Below, piece after piece: positions 62,548 to 64,000 of a DNA stretch of 64,000 nt; the stretch's first letter is position 1; each line of letters begins with the position of its first letter. The notes under the pieces are model-generated. The model was not told the origin of the DNA. It did not search any database and saw nothing but the letters and a program-made list of their open reading frames with translations. The DNA is from Dehalococcoidia bacterium (GTDB lineage Bacteria > Chloroflexota > Dehalococcoidia > Lucifugimonadales > Australimonadaceae), in NCBI GenBank assembly GCA_034422595.1, contig DAOUJO010000001.1, positions 491,039 to 555,038 of the forward strand, written 5' to 3'. The position numbers and the translations under genes are program-made.

Positions 62548-64000
62548 CTACCCCGCTGCCGCTTCCAGCTCCTCGCCCGACACCGGCGAGCCGTCGCGGT
62601 AGAGCACGCTGTTGCCGACCACTGACGGCACGCGCTGGCCCGGCGTGAGCACGCCAACGAGGTTCAGCGGGTCCGACCCCGATACGCGCACGACCTCGCC
62701 AGACGGCGCACGGCGGTGCACCGCTCGCAGCGCGTCGACCGCCTCCGGCAGCGCGAACTGCTCGCCCACCAGACCGGCGACGAACCGCCCTCCGCGCACC
62801 TCGCCCCGCGCCTCCGCGCGCCGGTACGTCCGCACGAGCGCGCCCCACGGCGGGGCCATCGGTTCGCGCGCCAGCAGCTCGCGCAGCATCACCCCGTAGC
62901 GCCGCAGCAGCTGCGCGGCTCTCGCCTCGACCACGTCCTCCCCCGGCTCGGCCACCGTCGACTGCAGCAGCGACCACCGGCTCCCCGCGCGGCCGAGCGC
63001 CGCCTGCGCCCGCACCCGCGACGCCCCCGCCCAGCGCGACCTCCGCTGCACGCGCTTCGCGACGCCGGAGACGAGCCCGCGCAACGCACCGAACCCGTCC
63101 GCCGTCACCCGCCCCGCAGCGACCAGCAGCCACAGCGCCTCCTCCACCTCCGACGGCAATCGGCGCGACCCGCGCACGATGTCCGGCATGAACGACGCGC
63201 CGCTCGACTCGAGGTACGCCAGTACGTCCGCCGCCGCCCCGGTGAATGTCGTGTCCTCGTCCGGCGGGTCGAGCAGCCACGGCACGTCCTCGCGCACCGC
63301 CAGCGTCACCGGCCCGTTCCGCGACAGCGCAGCCGACGGCGGAGGCCCGGCGCGGCGCGCGAACCGACCCCACGCCAGCTCGCCGCCGAGCGTCAGAGCG
63401 TCGAGCGTCGAGGCGTGGAAATCGGTCAGCCGGTTCATCAGCAGCCCGCTCTCCCACGCCGCCGCAGCCGCCTCAAACCCCTGCAACTGCTCGACAACCT
63501 CGATCAGCCCCGCGTCGCCCGCGAGCCGCGTCCCTGGTGTGGCGTGCTGCCACTCCAGCAGGAAGCGGATGAAGCTCGCGACCGGCACCGGCTCGATCTC
63601 CCGCCGCAGTCGCCCGATCGTGCTCCGGTGGATACGCGCGAGTATCCGGCGGTCGCAGAACTCCTCGTCCGTCGCGCCGGGGCGGAACTTGCCGCGCAGC
63701 AGCACGCCCTCCGACTCCAACCGGACCGCTGCCTGAGATACGACGCTCTCACTCAGCGCCAGCCGTTGTGCCAGACCGCCCACCGTGAACGGCCCCGACG
63801 ACTCCGCCCGTCCGCGCACGATCTCGGCCACTGCCTCGACGTCCCCGTCCTCGTACGCCCCGCGCACTACCTCAGCTCGCTCAACGGCGTACCACAGCAC
63901 GAGACCTGCCTGATCCCCTCTCCCTACAAGGGGAGAGGGCGAGGGTGAGGGTACTCCGGGGCTGGGGAGGCGGGGCGCCTCCAGCGTCCGTACCCTGCCC
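62548..64000 (-). CDS. lhr: Lhr-type large helicase, C-terminal region. The frame is open to the window edge.
   Basis: ORF 62548..63900 matches the Lhr C-terminal domain pattern (FCDRRILARIHR, RYGVMLRELLARE, GEVRGGRFVAG). The same frame has no stop from 63901 to 64000. Confidence 0.7.
   Translation of the reverse strand, partial: GRVRTLEAPRLPSPGVPSPSPSPLVGRGDQAGLVLWYAVERAEVVRGAYEDGDVEAVAEIVRGRAESSGPFTVGGLAQRLALSESVVSQAAVRLESEGVLLRGKFRPGATDEEFCDRRILARIHRSTIGRLRREIEPVPVASFIRFLLEWQHATPGTRLAGDAGLIEVVEQLQGFEAAAAAWESGLLMNRLTDFHASTLDALTLGGELAWGRFARRAGPPPSAALSRNGPVTLAVREDVPWLLDPPDEDTTFTGAAADVLAYLESSGASFMPDIVRGSRRLPSEVEEALWLLVAAGRVTADGFGALRGLVSGVAKRVQRRSRWAGASRVRAQAALGRAGSRWSLLQSTVAEPGEDVVEARAAQLLRRYGVMLRELLAREPMAPPWGALVRTYRRAEARGEVRGGRFVAGLVGEQFALPEAVDALRAVHRRAPSGEVVRVSGSDPLNLVGVLTPGQRVPSVVGNSVLYRDGSPVSGEELEAAAG
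63915..63952. repeat. GC-rich hairpin repeat (cccctctccc-tacaa-ggggagaggg followed by cgagggtgagggt)
   Basis: Read directly. Lies inside the open reading frame of the Lhr-type gene. Confidence 0.45.

Overview
Annotation is by eye from the ORF track and the raw sequence, using motif recognition only. No searches or computations were run.

**Overall:** this is a gene-dense, high-GC bacterial chromosomal segment. Hand counts of single 100-nt samples give about 64-66% GC in core regions. PT-rich linkers, many oxygenase and cupin paralogs and GC-rich hairpin repeats suggest a Chloroflexota-like organism, but that is only a guess.

**Housekeeping blocks**
- Siroheme/tetrapyrrole operon on the minus strand: sirC-like, hemA, hemC and a fused cobA-hemD that runs off the left edge.
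- coaD-rsmD.
- greA-lysS-serS plus an M16 peptidase.
- groES-groEL with a promoter, a CIRCE-like operator and a terminator.
- trxB.
- The C-terminal part of an Lhr-type helicase running off the right edge.

**Metabolic paralogs**
- Two Rieske oxygenases, two bicupins, an amidohydrolase-2 and an MmgE/PrpD protein.
- An acyl-CoA ligase with two crotonases.
- A MetE-like protein, a Gfo/Idh/MocA oxidoreductase and an MFS transporter.
- An ABC substrate-binding protein plus fused permease, with no ATPase gene.

**AAA+ modules**
- MoxR-DUF58-transglutaminase.
- ChlI-like AAA+ with a VWA protein.

**Most interesting observations**
1. A 4.1-kb lower-GC insertion lies between 42-bp direct repeats. The repeats duplicate the stop codon and last 13 codons of the ChlI-like AAA+ gene, and both mismatches are synonymous.
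   - The insertion splits the AAA+ gene from trxB.
   - Its only cargo is a membrane-spanning Rad50/SbcC-like ATPase translationally coupled to an Mre11/SbcD-like phosphoesterase.
2. A tightly packed nitrate-assimilation operon reads PII-like, sulfite-oxidase-fold Moco protein, NarK, NirA, PII.
   - It has no canonical Nas-type nitrate reductase.
   - Three GTTACG hexamers at exact 11-bp spacing lie upstream.
3. A divergent XRE module combines several features.
   - The ImmA-like gene has a degenerate HExxH motif (HAVGH).
   - A perfect 20-nt palindrome lies in the divergent region.
   - A zinc-ribbon ORF is split by a frameshift.
   - A 57-aa two-TM peptide is coupled to that ORF.
4. A phage-like three-gene cassette and a low-GC RCC1-repeat lipoprotein sit in an islet bordered by short GC-rich repeat elements.

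No rRNA, tRNA, CRISPR array, integrase or transposase was recognised.
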